Shown: positions 36,001 through 54,000 of the stretch, piece after piece
Numbering within the stretch: the stretch's first letter is position 1
Layout of the letters: each line of letters starts with the position of its first letter
Origin: Eledone cirrhosa
Lineage: Eukaryota
Direction: 5' to 3'
DNA: 64,000 nucleotides
Assembly: GCA_964016885.1 (NCBI GenBank)
Contig: CAXHJY010001303.1
Coordinates: 23,001 to 87,000 of the forward strand
Notes under the pieces: model-generated
The model's input: only the letters and a program-made list of their open reading frames with translations
Database searches by the model: none
What the model was told of the DNA's origin: nothing
Program-made: the position numbers and the translations under genes

Positions 36001-39000
36001 AAATATATATACATGGTCTGTAACGTATATATATACATGGTCTGTAACGTATATATATATACATCGTCTGTAACGTATATATATATACATGGTCTGTAAC
36101 GTATATATATACATGGTCTGTAACGTATATATATATGCATGGTCTGTAACGTATATATACATACATGGTCTGTAACGTATATATATATACATGGTCTGTA
36201 ACGTATATATATATACATAGTTTGTAACGTATATATACATGGTCTGTAACGTATATATATATACATGGTTTGTAATGTATATATATATATACATGGTCTG
36301 TAACGTATATATATATATACATTGTTTGTAACGTATATATATATACATGGTCTGTAACGTATATATATATACATGGTCTGTAACGTATATATATATACAT
36401 GGTCTGTAACGTATATATATATACATGGTCTGTAACGTATATATATACATGGTCTGTAACGTATATATATATGCATGGTCTGTAACGTATATATACATAC
36501 ATGGTCTGTAACGTATATATATATACATAGTTTGTAACGTATATATACATGGTCTGTAACGTATATATATATACATGGTTTGTAATGTATATATATATAT
36601 ATGGTCTGTAACGTATATATATATATACATTGTTTGTAACGTATATATATATACAGGGTCTGTAACGTATATATATACATGGTTTGTAACGTATCTATAT
36701 ACATGGTTTGTAACGTATATATACATGGTATGTAACGTATATATATATACATGGTTTGTAACGTGTATATATATACATAGTTTGTAACGTATATATATAT
36801 ACTTGATCTGTAACGTTTATATATATACATGGTCTGTAACGTATATATATATATATATATATATACATGGTTTGTAACGTATATATACATGGTTTGTAAC
36901 GTATATATACATGGTCTGTAACGTATATATATACATGGTTTGTAACGTATATATATATTCATGGTCTGTAACGTATATATATACATTGTTTGTAACGTAT
37001 ATATATATATACATCGTCTGTAACGTATATATATATACATGGTCTGTAACGTATATATATATACATGGTCTGTAACGTATATATATAAACATGGTCTGTA
37101 ACGTATATATATATACATGGTCTGTAACGTATATATATATACATGGTTTGTAACGTATATATATATACACTGTCTGTAACGTATATATATACATGGTCTG
37201 TAACGTATATATATATACATGGTCTGTAACGTATATATATATACATGGTCTGTAACGTATATATATATATACATGGTTTGTAACGTATATATATATACAT
37301 GGTCTGTAACGTATATATATATATATCGTCTGTAACGTATATATATATATATCGTCTGTAACGTATATAAATATACATGGTCTGTAACGTATATATATAT
37401 ACATGGTCTGTAACGTATATATATACATGGTTTGTAACGTATATATATATACATGGTCTGTAACGTATATATATATACATGGTCTGTAACGTATATATAC
37501 GTTGTCTGTAACGTATATATATATACATAGTCTCTAACGTATATATATATACATGGTCTGTAACGTATATATATATACATGGTCTGTAACGTATATATAT
37601 ACATGGTCTGTAAAAGATATATATACATGGTTTGTAACGTATATATATACATGGTCTGTAACAGATATATATACATGGTCTGTAACGTATATATATACAT
37701 GGTTTGTAACGTATATATATACATGGTCTGTAAAGTATATATACATGGTCTGTAACGTATATATATATATACATGGTCTGTAACGTATATATACATACAT
37801 GGTCTGTAACGTATATATATATACATAGTCTGTAACGTATATATATATACATGGTCTGTAACGTATATATATATACATGGTCTGTAACGTATATATATAT
37901 ACATGGTCTGTAACGTATATATATATACATGGTCTGTAACGTATATATATATACATGGTCTGTAACGTATATATATATACATGGTCTGTAACGTATATAT
38001 ACATACATGGTCTGTAACGTATATATATATACATATTGTGTAACGTATATATATATACATGGTCTGTAACGTATATATACATGGTCTGTAACGTATATAT
38101 ACATACATGTTCTGTAACGTATATATATATACATGGTCTGTAACGTATATATATATACATAGTTTGTAACGTATATATATATACATAGTTTGTAACGTAT
38201 ATATATATACTTGGTCTGTAACGTTTATATATATACATGGTCTGTAACGTATATATATATATATATATACATGGTTTGTAACGTATATATACATGGTTTG
38301 TAACGTATATATATATACATGGTCTGTAACGTATATATATATACATGGTCTATAACGTATATATATATACATGGTCTGTAAGGTATATATATACATGGTT
38401 TGTAACGTATATATATATACATGGTCTGTAACGTATATATATATACATGGTCTGTAACGTATATATATACATTGTTTGTAACGTATATATATATACATCG
38501 TCTGTAACGTATATATATATATATACATGGTCTGTAACGTATATATATATACATGGTTTGTAACGTATATATATATACACTGTCTGTAACGTATATATAT
38601 ACATGGTCTGTAACGTATATATATATACATGGTCTGTAACGTATATATATATACATGGTTTGTAACGTATATATATATACATGGTTTGTAACGTATATAT
38701 ATACATGGTCTGTAACGTATATATATATACATGGTCTGTAACGTATATATATATACATGGTTTGTACCCTATATATATATACATGGTCTGTAACGTATAT
38801 ATATATACATCGTCTGTAACGTATATATATATACATGGTCTGTAACGTATATATATATACATGGTCTGTAACGTATATATATACATGGTTTGTAACGTAT
38901 ATATATATACATGGTCTGTAACGTATATATACATTGTCTGTAACGTATATATATATACATGGTCTGTAACGTATATATATATACATGGTCTGTAACGTAT

Positions 39001-42000
39001 ATATATATACACTGTCTGTAACGTATATATATACATGGTCTGTAAAGTATATATATATACATGGTCTGTAACGTATATATACATGGTCTGTAACGTATAT
39101 ATATATACATGGTCTGTAACGTATATATATATACATGGTTTGTAACGTATATATATATACACTGTCTGTAACGTATATATATATACATGGTCTGTAACGT
39201 ATATATATACATGGTTTGTAACGTATATATATATACATGGTCTGTAACGTATATATATATACATGGTCTGTAACGTATATATACGTTGTCTGTAACGTAT
39301 ATATATATACATAGTCTCTAACGTATATATATATACATGGTCTGTAACGTATATATATATACATGGTCTGTAACGTATATATATACATGGTCTGTAAAAG
39401 ATATATATACATGGTTTGTAACGTATATATATACATGGTCTGTAACAGATATATATACATGGTCTGTAACGTATATATATACATGGTTTGTAACGTATAT
39501 ATATACATGGTCTGTAACGTATATATATATACATGGTCTGTAACGTATATATACATGGTCTGTAACGTATATATATATACATGGTCTGTAACGTATATAT
39601 ACATACATGGTCTGTAACGTATATATATATACATGGTCTGTAACGTATATATATATACATGGTCTGTAACGTATATATATATACATGGTCTGTAACGTAT
39701 ATATATATACATGGTCTGTAACGTATATATACATACATGGTCTGTAACGTATATATATATACATAGTCTGTAACGTATATATATATACATGGTCTGTAAC
39801 GTATATATATATACATGGTCTGTAACGTATATATACATGGTCTGTAACGTATATATATATACATGGTCTGTAACGTATATATATATACATGGTCTGTAAC
39901 GTATATATATATACATGGTCTGTAACGTATATATACATGGTCTGTAACGTATATATATATACATGGTCTGTAACGTATATATATATACATGGTCTGTAAC
40001 GTATATATATATACATGGTCTGTAACGTATATATATATACATCGTCTGTAACGTATATATATATACATGGTCTGTAACGTATATATATACATGGTCTGTA
40101 ACGTATATATATATGCATGGTCTGTAACGTATATATACATACATGGTCTGTAACGTATATATATATACATGGTCTGTAACGTATATATATATACATAGTT
40201 TGTAACGTATATATACATGGTCTGTAACGTATATATATATACATGGTTTGTAATGTATATATATATATACATGGTCTGTAACGTATATATATATATACAT
40301 TGTTTGTAACGTATATATATATACATGGTCTGTAACGTATATATACATGGTCTGTAACGTATATATATATACATGGTCTGTAACGTATATATATATACAT
40401 GGTATGTAACGTATATATATATACATGGTCTGTAACGTATATATATACATGGTCTGTAACGTATATATATATATACATCGTCTGTAACGTATATATATAT
40501 ACATGGTCTGTAACGTATATATATACATGGTCTGTAACGTATATATACATACATCGTCTGTAACGTATATATATATACATGGTCTGTAACGTATATATAT
40601 ATACATTTTCTGTAACGTATATATACATGGTCTGTAACGTATATATATATACATGGTCTGTAACGTATATATATATACATGTTCTGTAACGTATATATAT
40701 ATACATGGTCTGTAACGTATATATATACATGGTCTGTAACGTATATATATATACATGGTCTGTAACCTATATATATACATGGTCTGTAACGTATATATAT
40801 ATACATGGTCTGTAACGTATATATACATACATGGTCTGTAACGTATATATACATGGTCTGTAACGTATATATATATACATGGTCTGTAACGTATATATAT
40901 ATACTTGGTCTGTAACGTATATATATATACATGGTCTGTAACGTATATATATACATGGTCTGTAATGTATATATATACATGGTCTGTAACGTATATATAT
41001 ATACATGGTTTGTAACGTATATATATATACAGGGTCTGTAACGTATATATATACATGGTTTGTAACGTATATATATACATGGTTTGTAACGTATATATAC
41101 ATGGTTTGTAACGTATATATACATGGTCTGTAACGTATATATATATACACTGCCTGTAACGTATATATATACATGGTCTGTAACGTATATATATATACAT
41201 GGTTTGTAACGTATATATATATACATGGTTTGTAACGTATATATATACATGGTCTGTAACGTATATATATATACATGGTCTGTAACGTATATATATATAC
41301 ATGGTTTGTACCCTATATATATATACATGGTCTGTAACGTATATATATATACATCGTCTGTAACGTATATATATATACATGGTCTGTAACGTATATATAT
41401 ATACATGGTCTGTAACGTATATATATACATGGTTTGTAACGTATATATATATACATGGTCTGTAACGTATATATACATTGTCTGTAACGTATATATATAT
41501 ACATGGTCTGTAACGTATATATATATACATGGTCTGTAACGTATATATATATACACTGTCTGTAACGTATATATATACATGGTCTGTAAAGTATATATAT
41601 ATACATGGTCTGTAACGTATATATACATGGTCTGTAACGTATATATATATACATGGTCTGTAACGTATATATATATACATGGTTTGTAACGTATATATAT
41701 ATACACTGTCTGTAACGTATATATATATACATGGTCTGTAACGTATATATATACATGGTTTGTAACGTATATATATATACATGGTCTGTAACGTATATAT
41801 ATATACATGGTTTGTAACGTATATATATATACACTGTCTGTAACGTATATATATACATGGTCTGTAACGTATATATATATACATGGTCTGTAACGTATAT
41901 ATATATACATGGTTTGTAACGTATATATATATACATGGTTTGTAACGTATATATATACATGGTCTGTAACGTATATATATATACATGGTCTGTAACGTAT

Positions 42001-45000
42001 ATATATATACATGGTTTGTACCCTATATATATATACATGGTCTGTAACGTATATATATATACATCGTCTGTAACGTATATATATATACATGGTCTGTAAC
42101 GTATATATATATACATGGTCTGTAACGTATATATATACATGGTTTGTAACGTATATATATATACATGGTCTGTAACGTATATATACATTGTCTGTAACGT
42201 ATATATATATACATGGTCTGTAACGTATATATATATACACTGTCTGTAACGTATATATATACATGGTCTGTAAAGTATATATATATACATGGTCTGTAAC
42301 GTATATATACATGGTCTGTAACGTATATATATATACATGGTCTGTAACGTATATATATATACATGGTTTGTAACGTATATATATATACACTGTCTGTAAC
42401 GTATATATATATACATGGTCTGTAACGTATATATATACATGGTTTGTAACGTATATATATATACATGGTCTGTAACGTATATATATATACATGGTCTGTA
42501 ACGTATATATACGTTGTCTGTAACGTATATATATATACATAGTCTCTAACGTATATATATATACATGGTCTGTAACGTATATATATATACATGGTCTGTA
42601 ACGTATATATATACATGGTCTGTAAAAGATATATATACATGGTTTGTAACGTATATATATACATGGTCTGTAACAGATATATATACATGGTCTGTAACGT
42701 ATATATATACATGGTTTGTAACGTATATATATACATGGTCTGTAACGTATATATATATACATGGTCTGTAACGTATATATACATGGTCTGTAACGTATAT
42801 ATATATACATGGTCTGTAACGTATATATACATACATGGTCTGTAACGTATATATATATACATGGTCTGTACCGTATATATATATACATGGTCTGTAACGT
42901 ATATATACATACATGGTCTGTAACGTATATATATATACATAGTCTGTAACGTATATATATATACATGGTCTGTAACGTATATATATATACATGGTCTGTA
43001 ACGTATATATACATGGTCTGTAACGTATATATATATACATGGTCTGTAACGTATATATATATACATGGTCTGTAACGTATATATACATGGTCTGTAACGT
43101 ATATATATATGGTCTGTAACGTATATATATATACATGGTCTGTAACGTATATATATATACATGGTCTGTAACGTATATATATATACATGGTCTGTAACGT
43201 ATATATATACATGGTCTGTAACGTATATATATATACATCGTCTGTAACGTATATATATATACATGGTCTGTAACGTATATATATACATGGTCTGTAACGT
43301 ATATATACATACATGGTCTGTAACGTATATATATATACATAGTCTGTAACGTATATATATATACATGGTCTGTAACGTATATATATATATACATGGTCTG
43401 TAACGTATATATACATGGTCTGTAACGTATATATATATACATGGTCTGTAACGTATATATATATACATGGTCTGTAACGTATATATATATACATGGTCTG
43501 TAACGTATATATATACATGGTCTGTAACGTATATATATATACATCGTCTGTAACGTATATATATATACATGGTCTGTAACGTATATATATACATGGTCTG
43601 TAACGTATATATATATGCATGGTCTGTAACGTATATATACATACATGGTCTGTAACGTATATATATATACATGGTCTGTAACGTATATATATATACATAG
43701 TTTGTAACGTATATATACATGGTCTGTAACGTATATATATATACATGGTTTGTAATGTATATTATATATACATGGTCTGTAACGTATATATATATATACA
43801 TTGTTTGTAACGTATATATATATACATGGTCTGTAACGTATATATACATGGTCTGTAACGTATATATATATACATGGTCTGTAACGTATATATATATACA
43901 TGGTCTGTAACGTATATATATATACATGGTATGTAACGTATATATATATACATGGTCTGTAACGTATATATATACATGGTCTGTAACGTATATATATATA
44001 TACATCGTCTGTAACGTATATATATATACATGGTCTGTAACGTATATATATACATGGTCTGTAACGTATATATATATGCATGGTCTGTAACGTATATATA
44101 CATACATCGTCTGTAACGTATATATATATACATGGTCTGTAACGTATATATATATACATGTTCTGTAACGTATATATACATGGTCTGTAACGTATATATA
44201 TATACATGGTCTGTAACGTATATATATATACATGGTCTGTAACGTATATATATATACATGGTCTGTAACGTATATATATACATGGTCTGTAACGTATATA
44301 TATATACATGGTCTGTAACCTATATATATACATGGTCTGTAACGTATATATATATACATGGTCTGTAACGTATATATACATACATGGTCTGTAACGTATA
44401 TATACATGGTCTGTAACGTATATATATATACATGGTCTGTAACGTATATATATATATTTGGTCTGTAACGTATATATATATACATGGTCTGTAACGTATA
44501 TATATACATGGTCTGTAACGTATATATATACATGGTCTGTAACGTATATATATATACATGGTTTGTAACGGATATATATATACAGGGTCTGTAACGTATA
44601 TATATACATGGTTTGTAACGTATATATATACATGGTTTGTAACGTATATATACATGGTTTGTAACGTATATATACATGGTCTGTAACGTATATATATATA
44701 CATGGTCTGTAACGTATATATATATACATGGTTTGTAACGTATATATATAAACATGGTCTGTAACGTATATATATATACATGGTCTGTAACAGATATATA
44801 TACATAGTTTGTAACGTATATATATATACATGGTCTGTAACGTATATATATATATATACATGGTCTGTAACGTATATATATATACATGGTTTGTAACGTA
44901 TATATATATACACTGTCTGTAACGTATATATATACATGGTCTGTAACGTATATATATATACATGGTTTGTAACGTATATATATATACATGGTTTGTAACG

Positions 45001-48000
45001 TATATATATACATGGTCTGTAACGTATATATATATACATGGTCTGTAACGTATATATATATACATGGTTTGTACCCTATATATATATACATGGTCTGTAA
45101 CGTATATATATATACATCGTCTGTAACGTATATATATATACATGGTCTGTAACGTATATATATATACATGGTCTGTAACGTATATATATACATGGTTTGT
45201 AACGTATATATATATACATGGTCTGTAACGTATATATATATACATGGTCTGTAACGTATATATATATACACTGTCTGTAACGTATATATATACATGGTCT
45301 GTAAAGTATATATATATACATGGTCTGTAACGTATATATACATGGTCTGTAACGTATATATATTTACATGGTCTGTAACGTATATATATATACATGGTTT
45401 GTAACGTATATATATATACACTGTCTGTAACGTATATATATATACATGGTCTGTAACGTATATATATACATGGTTTGTAACGTATATATATATACATGGT
45501 CTGTAACGTATATATATATACATGGTCTGTAACGTATATATACGTTGTCTGTAACGTATATATATATACATAGTCTCTAACGTATATATATATACATGGT
45601 CTGTAACGTATATATATATACATGGTCTGTAACGTATATATATACATGGTCTGTAAAAGATATATATACATGGTTTGTAACGTATATATATACATGGTCT
45701 GTAACAGATATATATACATGGTCTGTAACGTATATATATACATGGTTTGTAACGTATATATATACATGGTCTGTAACGTATATATATATACATGGTCTGT
45801 AACGTATATATACATGGTCGGTAACGTATATATATATACATGGTCTGTAACGTATATATATATACATGGTCTGTAACGTATATACATACATGGTCTGTAA
45901 CGTATATATATATACATGGTCTGTAACGTATATATATATACATGGTCTGTAACGTATATATATATACATGGTCTGTAACGTATATATATATACATGGTCT
46001 GTAACGTATATATACATACATGGTCTGTAACGTATATATATATACATAGTCTGTAACGTATATATATATACATGGTCTGTAACGTATATATATATACATG
46101 GTCTGTAACGTATATATACATGGTCTGTAACGTATATATATATACATGGTCTGTAACGTATATATATATACATGGTCTGTAACGTATATATACATGGTCT
46201 GTAACGTATATATATATACATGGTCTGTAACGTATATATATATACATGGTCTGTAACGTATATATATATACATAGTCTGTAACGTATATATATATACATG
46301 GTCTGTAACGTATATATATATACATGGTCTGTAACGTATATATACATGGTCTGTAACGTATATATATATACATGGTCTGTAACGTATATATATATACATG
46401 GTCTGTAACGTATATATATACATGGTCTGTAACGTATATATATATACATGGTCTGTAACGTATATATATACATGGTCTGTAAAAGATATATATACATGGT
46501 TTGTAACGTATATATATACATGGTCTGTAACAGATATATATACATGGTCTGTAACGTATATATATACATGGTTTGTAACGTATATATATACATGGTCTGT
46601 AACGTATATATATATACATGGTCTGTAACGTATATATACATGGTCTGTAACGTATATATATATACATGGTCTGTAACGTATATATACATACAGGGTCTGT
46701 AACGTATATATATATACATGGTCTGTAACGTATATATATATACATGGTCTGTAACGTATATATATATACATGGTCTGTAACGTATATATATATACATGGT
46801 CTGTAACGTATATATACATACATGGTCTGTAACGTATATATATATACATAGTCTGTAACGTATATATATATACATGGTCTGTAACGTATATATATATACA
46901 TGGTCTGTAACGTATATATACATGGTCTGTAACGTATATATATATACATCGTCTGTAACGTATATATATATACATGGTCTGTAACGTATATATATACATG
47001 GTCTGTAAAAGATATATATACATGGTTTGTAACGTATATATATACATGGTCTGTAACAGATATATATACATGGTCTGTAACGTATATATATACATGGTTT
47101 GTAACGTATATATATACATGGTCTGTAACGTATATATATATACATGGTCTGTAACGTATATATACATGGTCTGTAACGTATATATATATACATGGTCTGT
47201 AACGTATATATACATACATGGTCTGTAACGTATATATATATACATGGTCTGTAACGTATATATATATACATGGTCTGTAACGTATATATATATACATGGT
47301 CTGTAACGTATATATATATACATGGTCTGTAACGTATATATACATACATGGTCTGTAACGTATATATATATACATAGTCTGTAACGTATATATATATACA
47401 TGGTCTGTAACGTATATATATATACATGGTCTGTAACGTATATATACATGGTCTGTAACGTATATATATATACATGGTCTGTAACGTATATATATATACA
47501 TGGTCTGTAACGTATATATATATACATGGTCTGTAACGTATATATACATGGTCTGTAACGTATATATATATACATGGTCTGTAACGTATATATATATACA
47601 TGGTCTGTAACGTATATATATATACATGGTCTGTAACGTATATATATATACATGGTCTGTAACGTATATATATATACATCGTCTGTAACGTATATATATA
47701 TATACATGGTCTGTAACGTATATATATATACATGGTCTGTAACGTATATATACATACATGGTCTGTAACGTATATATATATACATAGTCTGTAACGTATA
47801 TATATATACATAGTCTGTAACGTATATATATATACATGGTCTGTAACGTATATATATACACATGGTCTGTAACGTATATATACATGGTCTGTAACGTATA
47901 TATATATACATGGTCTGTAACGTATATATATATACATGGTCTGTAACGTATATATATATACATGGTCTGTAACGTATATATATACATGGTCTGTAACGTA

Positions 48001-51000
48001 TATATATATACATCGTCTGTAACGTATATTTATATACATGGTCTGTAACGTATATATATACATGGTCTGTAACGTATATATACATACATGGTCTGTAACG
48101 TATATATATATACATGGTCTGTAACGTATATATATATACATAGTTTGTAACGTATATATACATGGTCTGTAACGTATATATATATACATGGTTTGTAATG
48201 TATATATATATATACATGGTCTGTAACGTATATATATATATACATTGTTTGTAACGTATATATATATACATGGTCTGTAACGTATATATACATGGTCTGT
48301 AACGTATATATATATACATGGTCTGTAACGTATATATATATACATGGTCTGTAACGTATATATATATACATGGTATGTAACGTATATATATATACATGGT
48401 CTGTAACGTATATATATACATGGTCTGTAACGTATATATATATATACATCGTCTGTAACGTATATATATATACATGGTCTGTAACGTATATATATACATG
48501 GTCTGTAACGTATATATATATGCATGGTCTGTAACGTATATATACATACATCGTCTGTAACGTATATATATATACATGGTCTGTAACGTATATATATATA
48601 CATGTTCTGTAACGTATATATACATGGTCTGTAACGTATATATATATACATGGTCTGTAACGTATATATATATACATGTTCTGTAACGTATATATATATA
48701 CATGGTCTGTAACGTATATATATACATGGTCTGTAACGTATATATATATACATGGTCTGTAACCTATATATATACATGGTCTGTAACGTATATATATATA
48801 CATGGTCTGTAACGTATATATACATGGTCTGTAACGTATATATATATACATGGTCTGTAACGTATATATATATACTTGGTCTGTAACGTATATATATATA
48901 CATGGTCTGTAACGTATATATATACATGGTCTGTAACGTATATATATACATGGTCTGTAACGTATATATATATACATGGTTTGTAACGTATATATATATA
49001 CAGGGTCTGTAACGTATATATATACATGGTTTGTAACGTATATATATACATGGTTTGTAACGTATATATACATGGTTTGTAACGTATATATACATGGTCT
49101 GTAACGTATATATATATACATGGTCTGTAACGTATATATATATACATGGTTTGTGACGTATATATATAAACATGGTCTGTAACGTATATATATATACATG
49201 GTCTGTAACAGATATATATACATAGTTTGTAACGTATATATATATACATGGTCTGTAACGTATATATATATATATACATGGTCTGTAACGTATATATATA
49301 TACATGGTTTGTAACGTATATATATATACACTGCCTGTAACGTATATATATACATGGTCTGTAACGTATATATATATACATGGTTTGTAACGTATATATA
49401 TATACATGGTTTGTAACGTATATATATACATGGTCTGTAACGTATATATATATACATGGTCTGTAACGTATATATATATACATGGTTTGTACCCTATATA
49501 TATATACATGGTCTGTAACGTATATATATATACATCGTCTGTAACGTATATATATATATACATGGTCTGTAACGTATATATATATACATGGTCTGTAACG
49601 TATATATATACATGGTTTGTAACGTATATATATATACATGGTCTGTAACGTATATATACATTGTCTGTAACGTATATATATATACATGGTCTGTAACGTA
49701 TATATATATACATGGTCTGTAACGTATATATATATACACTGTCTGTAACGTATATATATACATGGTCTGTAAAGTATATATATATACATGGTCTGTAACG
49801 TATATATACATGGTCTGTAACGTATATATATATACATGGTCTGTAACGTATATATATATACATGGTTTGTAACGTATATATATATACACTGTCTGTAACG
49901 TATATATATATACATGGTCTGTAACGTATATATATACATGGTTTGTAACGTATATATATATACATGGTCTGTAACGTATATATATATACATGGTTTGTAA
50001 CGTATATATATATACACTGTCTGTAACGTATATATATACATGGTCTGTAACGTATATATATATACATGGTCTGTAACGTATATATATATACATGGTTTGT
50101 AACGTATATATATATACATGGTTTGTAACGTATATATATACATGGTCTGTAACGTATATATATATACATGGTCTGTAACGTATATATATATACATGGTTT
50201 GTACCCTATATATATATACATGGTCTGTAACGTATATATATATACATCGTCTGTAACGTATATATATATACATGGTCTGTAACGTATATATATATACATG
50301 GTCTGTAACGTATATATATACATGGTTTGTAACGTATATATATATACATGGTCTGTAACGTATATATACATTGTCTGTAACGTATATATATATACATGGT
50401 CTGTAACGTATATATATATACACTGTCTGTAACGTATATATATACATGGTCTGTAAAGTATATATATATACATGGTCTGTAACGTATATATACATGGTCT
50501 GTAACGTATATATATATACATGGTCTGTAACGTATATATATATACATGGTTTGTAACGTATATATATATACACTGTCTGTAACGTATATATATATACATG
50601 GTCTGTAACGTATATATATACATGGTTTGTAACGTATATATATATACATGGTCTGTAACGTATATATATATACATGGTCTGTAACGTATATATACGTTGT
50701 CTGTAACGTATATATATATACATAGTCTCTAACGTATATATATATACATGGTCTGTAACGTATATATATATACATGGTCTGTAACGTATATATATACATG
50801 GTCTGTAAAAGATATATATACATGGTTTGTAACGTATATATATACATGGTCTGTAACAGATATATATACATGGTCTGTAACGTATATATATACATGGTTT
50901 GTAACGTATATATATACATGGTCTGTAACGTATATATATATACATGGTCTGTAACGTATATATACATGGTCTGTAACGTATATATATATACATGGTCTGT

Positions 51001-54000
51001 AACGTATATATACATACATGGTCTGTAACGTATATATATATATACATGGTCTGTAACGTATATATATATACATGGTCTGTAACGTATATATATATACATG
51101 GTCTGTAACGTATATATACATACATGGTCTGTAACGTATATATATATACATGGTCTGTAACGTATATATATATACATGGTCTGTAACGTATATATACATG
51201 GTCTGTAACGTATATATATATACATGGTCTGTAACGTATATATATATACATGGTCTGTAACGTATATATATATACATGGTCTGTAACGTATATATACATG
51301 GTCTGTAACGTATATATATATGGTCTGTAACGTATATATATATACATGGTCTGTAACGTATATATATATACATGGTCTGTAACGTATATATATATACATG
51401 GTCTGTAACGTATATATATACATGGTCTGTAACGTATATATATATACATCGTCTGTAACGTATATATATATACATGGTCTGTAACGTATATATATATACA
51501 TGGTCTGTAACGTATATATACATACATGGTCTGTAACGTATATATATATACATAGTCTGTAACGTATATATATATACATGGTCTGTAACGTATATATATA
51601 TACATGGTCTGTAACGTATATATACATGGTCTGTAACGTATATATATATACATGGTCTGTAACGTATATATATATACATGGTCTGTAACGTATATATATA
51701 TACATGGTCTGTAACGTATATATATACATGGTCTGTAACGTATATATATATACATCGTCTGTAACGTATATATATATACATGGTCTGTAACGTATATATA
51801 TACATGGTCTGTAACGTATATATATATGCATGGTCTGTAACGTATATATACATACATGGTCTGTAACGTATATATATATACATGGTCTGTAACGTATATA
51901 TATATACATAGTTTGTAACGTATATATACATGGTCTGTAACGTATATATATATACATGGTTTGTAATGTATATATATATATACATGGTCTGTAACGTATA
52001 TATTTATATACATTGTTTGTAACGTATATATATATACATGGTCGGTAACGTATATATACATGGTCTGTAACGTATATATATATACATGGTCTGTAACGTA
52101 TATATATATACATGGTCTGTAACGTATATATATATACATGGTATGTAACGTATATATATATACATGGTCTGTAACGTATATATATACATGGTCTGTAACG
52201 TATATATATATATACATCGTCTGTAACGTATATATATATACATGGTCTGTAACGTATATATATACATGGTCTGTAACGTATATATATATGCATGGTCTGT
52301 AACGTATATATACATACATCGTCTGTAACGTATATATATATACATGGTCTGTAACGTATATATATATACATGTTCTGTAACGTATATATACATGGTCTGT
52401 AACGTATATATATATACATGGTCTGTAACGTATATATATATACATGTTCTGTAACGTATATATATATACATGGTCTGTAACGTATATATATACATGGTCT
52501 GTAACGTATATATATATACATGGTCTGTAACCTATATATATACATGGTCTGTAACGTATATATATATACATGGTCTGTAACGTATATATACATACATGGT
52601 CTGTAACGTATATATACATGGTCTGTAACGTATATATATATACATGGTCTGTAACGTATATATATATACTTGGTCTGTAACGTATATATATATACATGGT
52701 CTGTAACGTATATATATACATGGTCTGTAACGTATATATATACATGGTCTGTAACGTATATATATATACATGGTTTGTAACGTATATATATATACAGGGT
52801 CTGTAACGTATATATATACATGGTTTGTAACGTATATATATACATGGTTTGTAACGTATATATACATGGTTTGTAACGTATATATACATGGTCTGTAACG
52901 TATATATATATACATGGTCTGTAACGTATATATATATACATGGTTTGTAACGTATATATATAAACATGGTCTGTAACGTATATATATATACATGGTCTGT
53001 AACAGATATATATACATAGTTTGTAACGTATATATATATACATGGTCTGTAACGTATATATATATATATACATGGTCTGTAACGTATATATATATACATG
53101 GTTTGTAACGTATATATATATACACTGTCTGTAACGTATATATATACATGGTCTGTAACGTATATATATATACATGGTTTGTAACGTATATATATATACA
53201 TGGTTTGTAACGTATATATATACATGGTCTGTAACGTATATATATATACATGGTCTGTAACGTATATATATATACATGGTTTGTACCCTATATATATATA
53301 CATCGTCTGTAACGTATATATATATACATCGTCTGTAACGTATATATATATACATGGTCTGTAACGTATATATATATACATGGTCTGTAACGTATATATA
53401 TACATGGTTTGTAACGTATATATATATACATGGTCTGTAACGTATATATATATACATGGTCTGTAACGTATATATATATACATGGTCTGTAACGTATATA
53501 TATATACACTGTCTGTAACGTATATATATACATGGTCTGTAAAGTATATATATATACATGGTCTGTAACGTATATATACATGGTCTGTAACGTATATATA
53601 TATACATGGTCTGTAACGTATATATATATACATGGTTTGTAACGTATATATATATACACTGTCTGTAACGTATATATATATACATGGTCTGTAACGTATA
53701 TATATACATGGTTTGTAACGTATATATATATACATGGTCTGTAACGTATATATATATACATGGTCTGTAACGTATATATACGTTGTCTGTAACGTATATA
53801 TATATACATAGTCTCTAACGTATATATATATACATGGTCTGTAACGTATATATATATACATGGTCTGTAACGTATATATATACATGGTCTGTAAAAGATA
53901 TATATACATGGTTTGTAACGTATATATATACATGGTCTGTAACAGATATATATACATGGTCTGTAACGTATATATATACATGGTTTGTAACGTATATATA

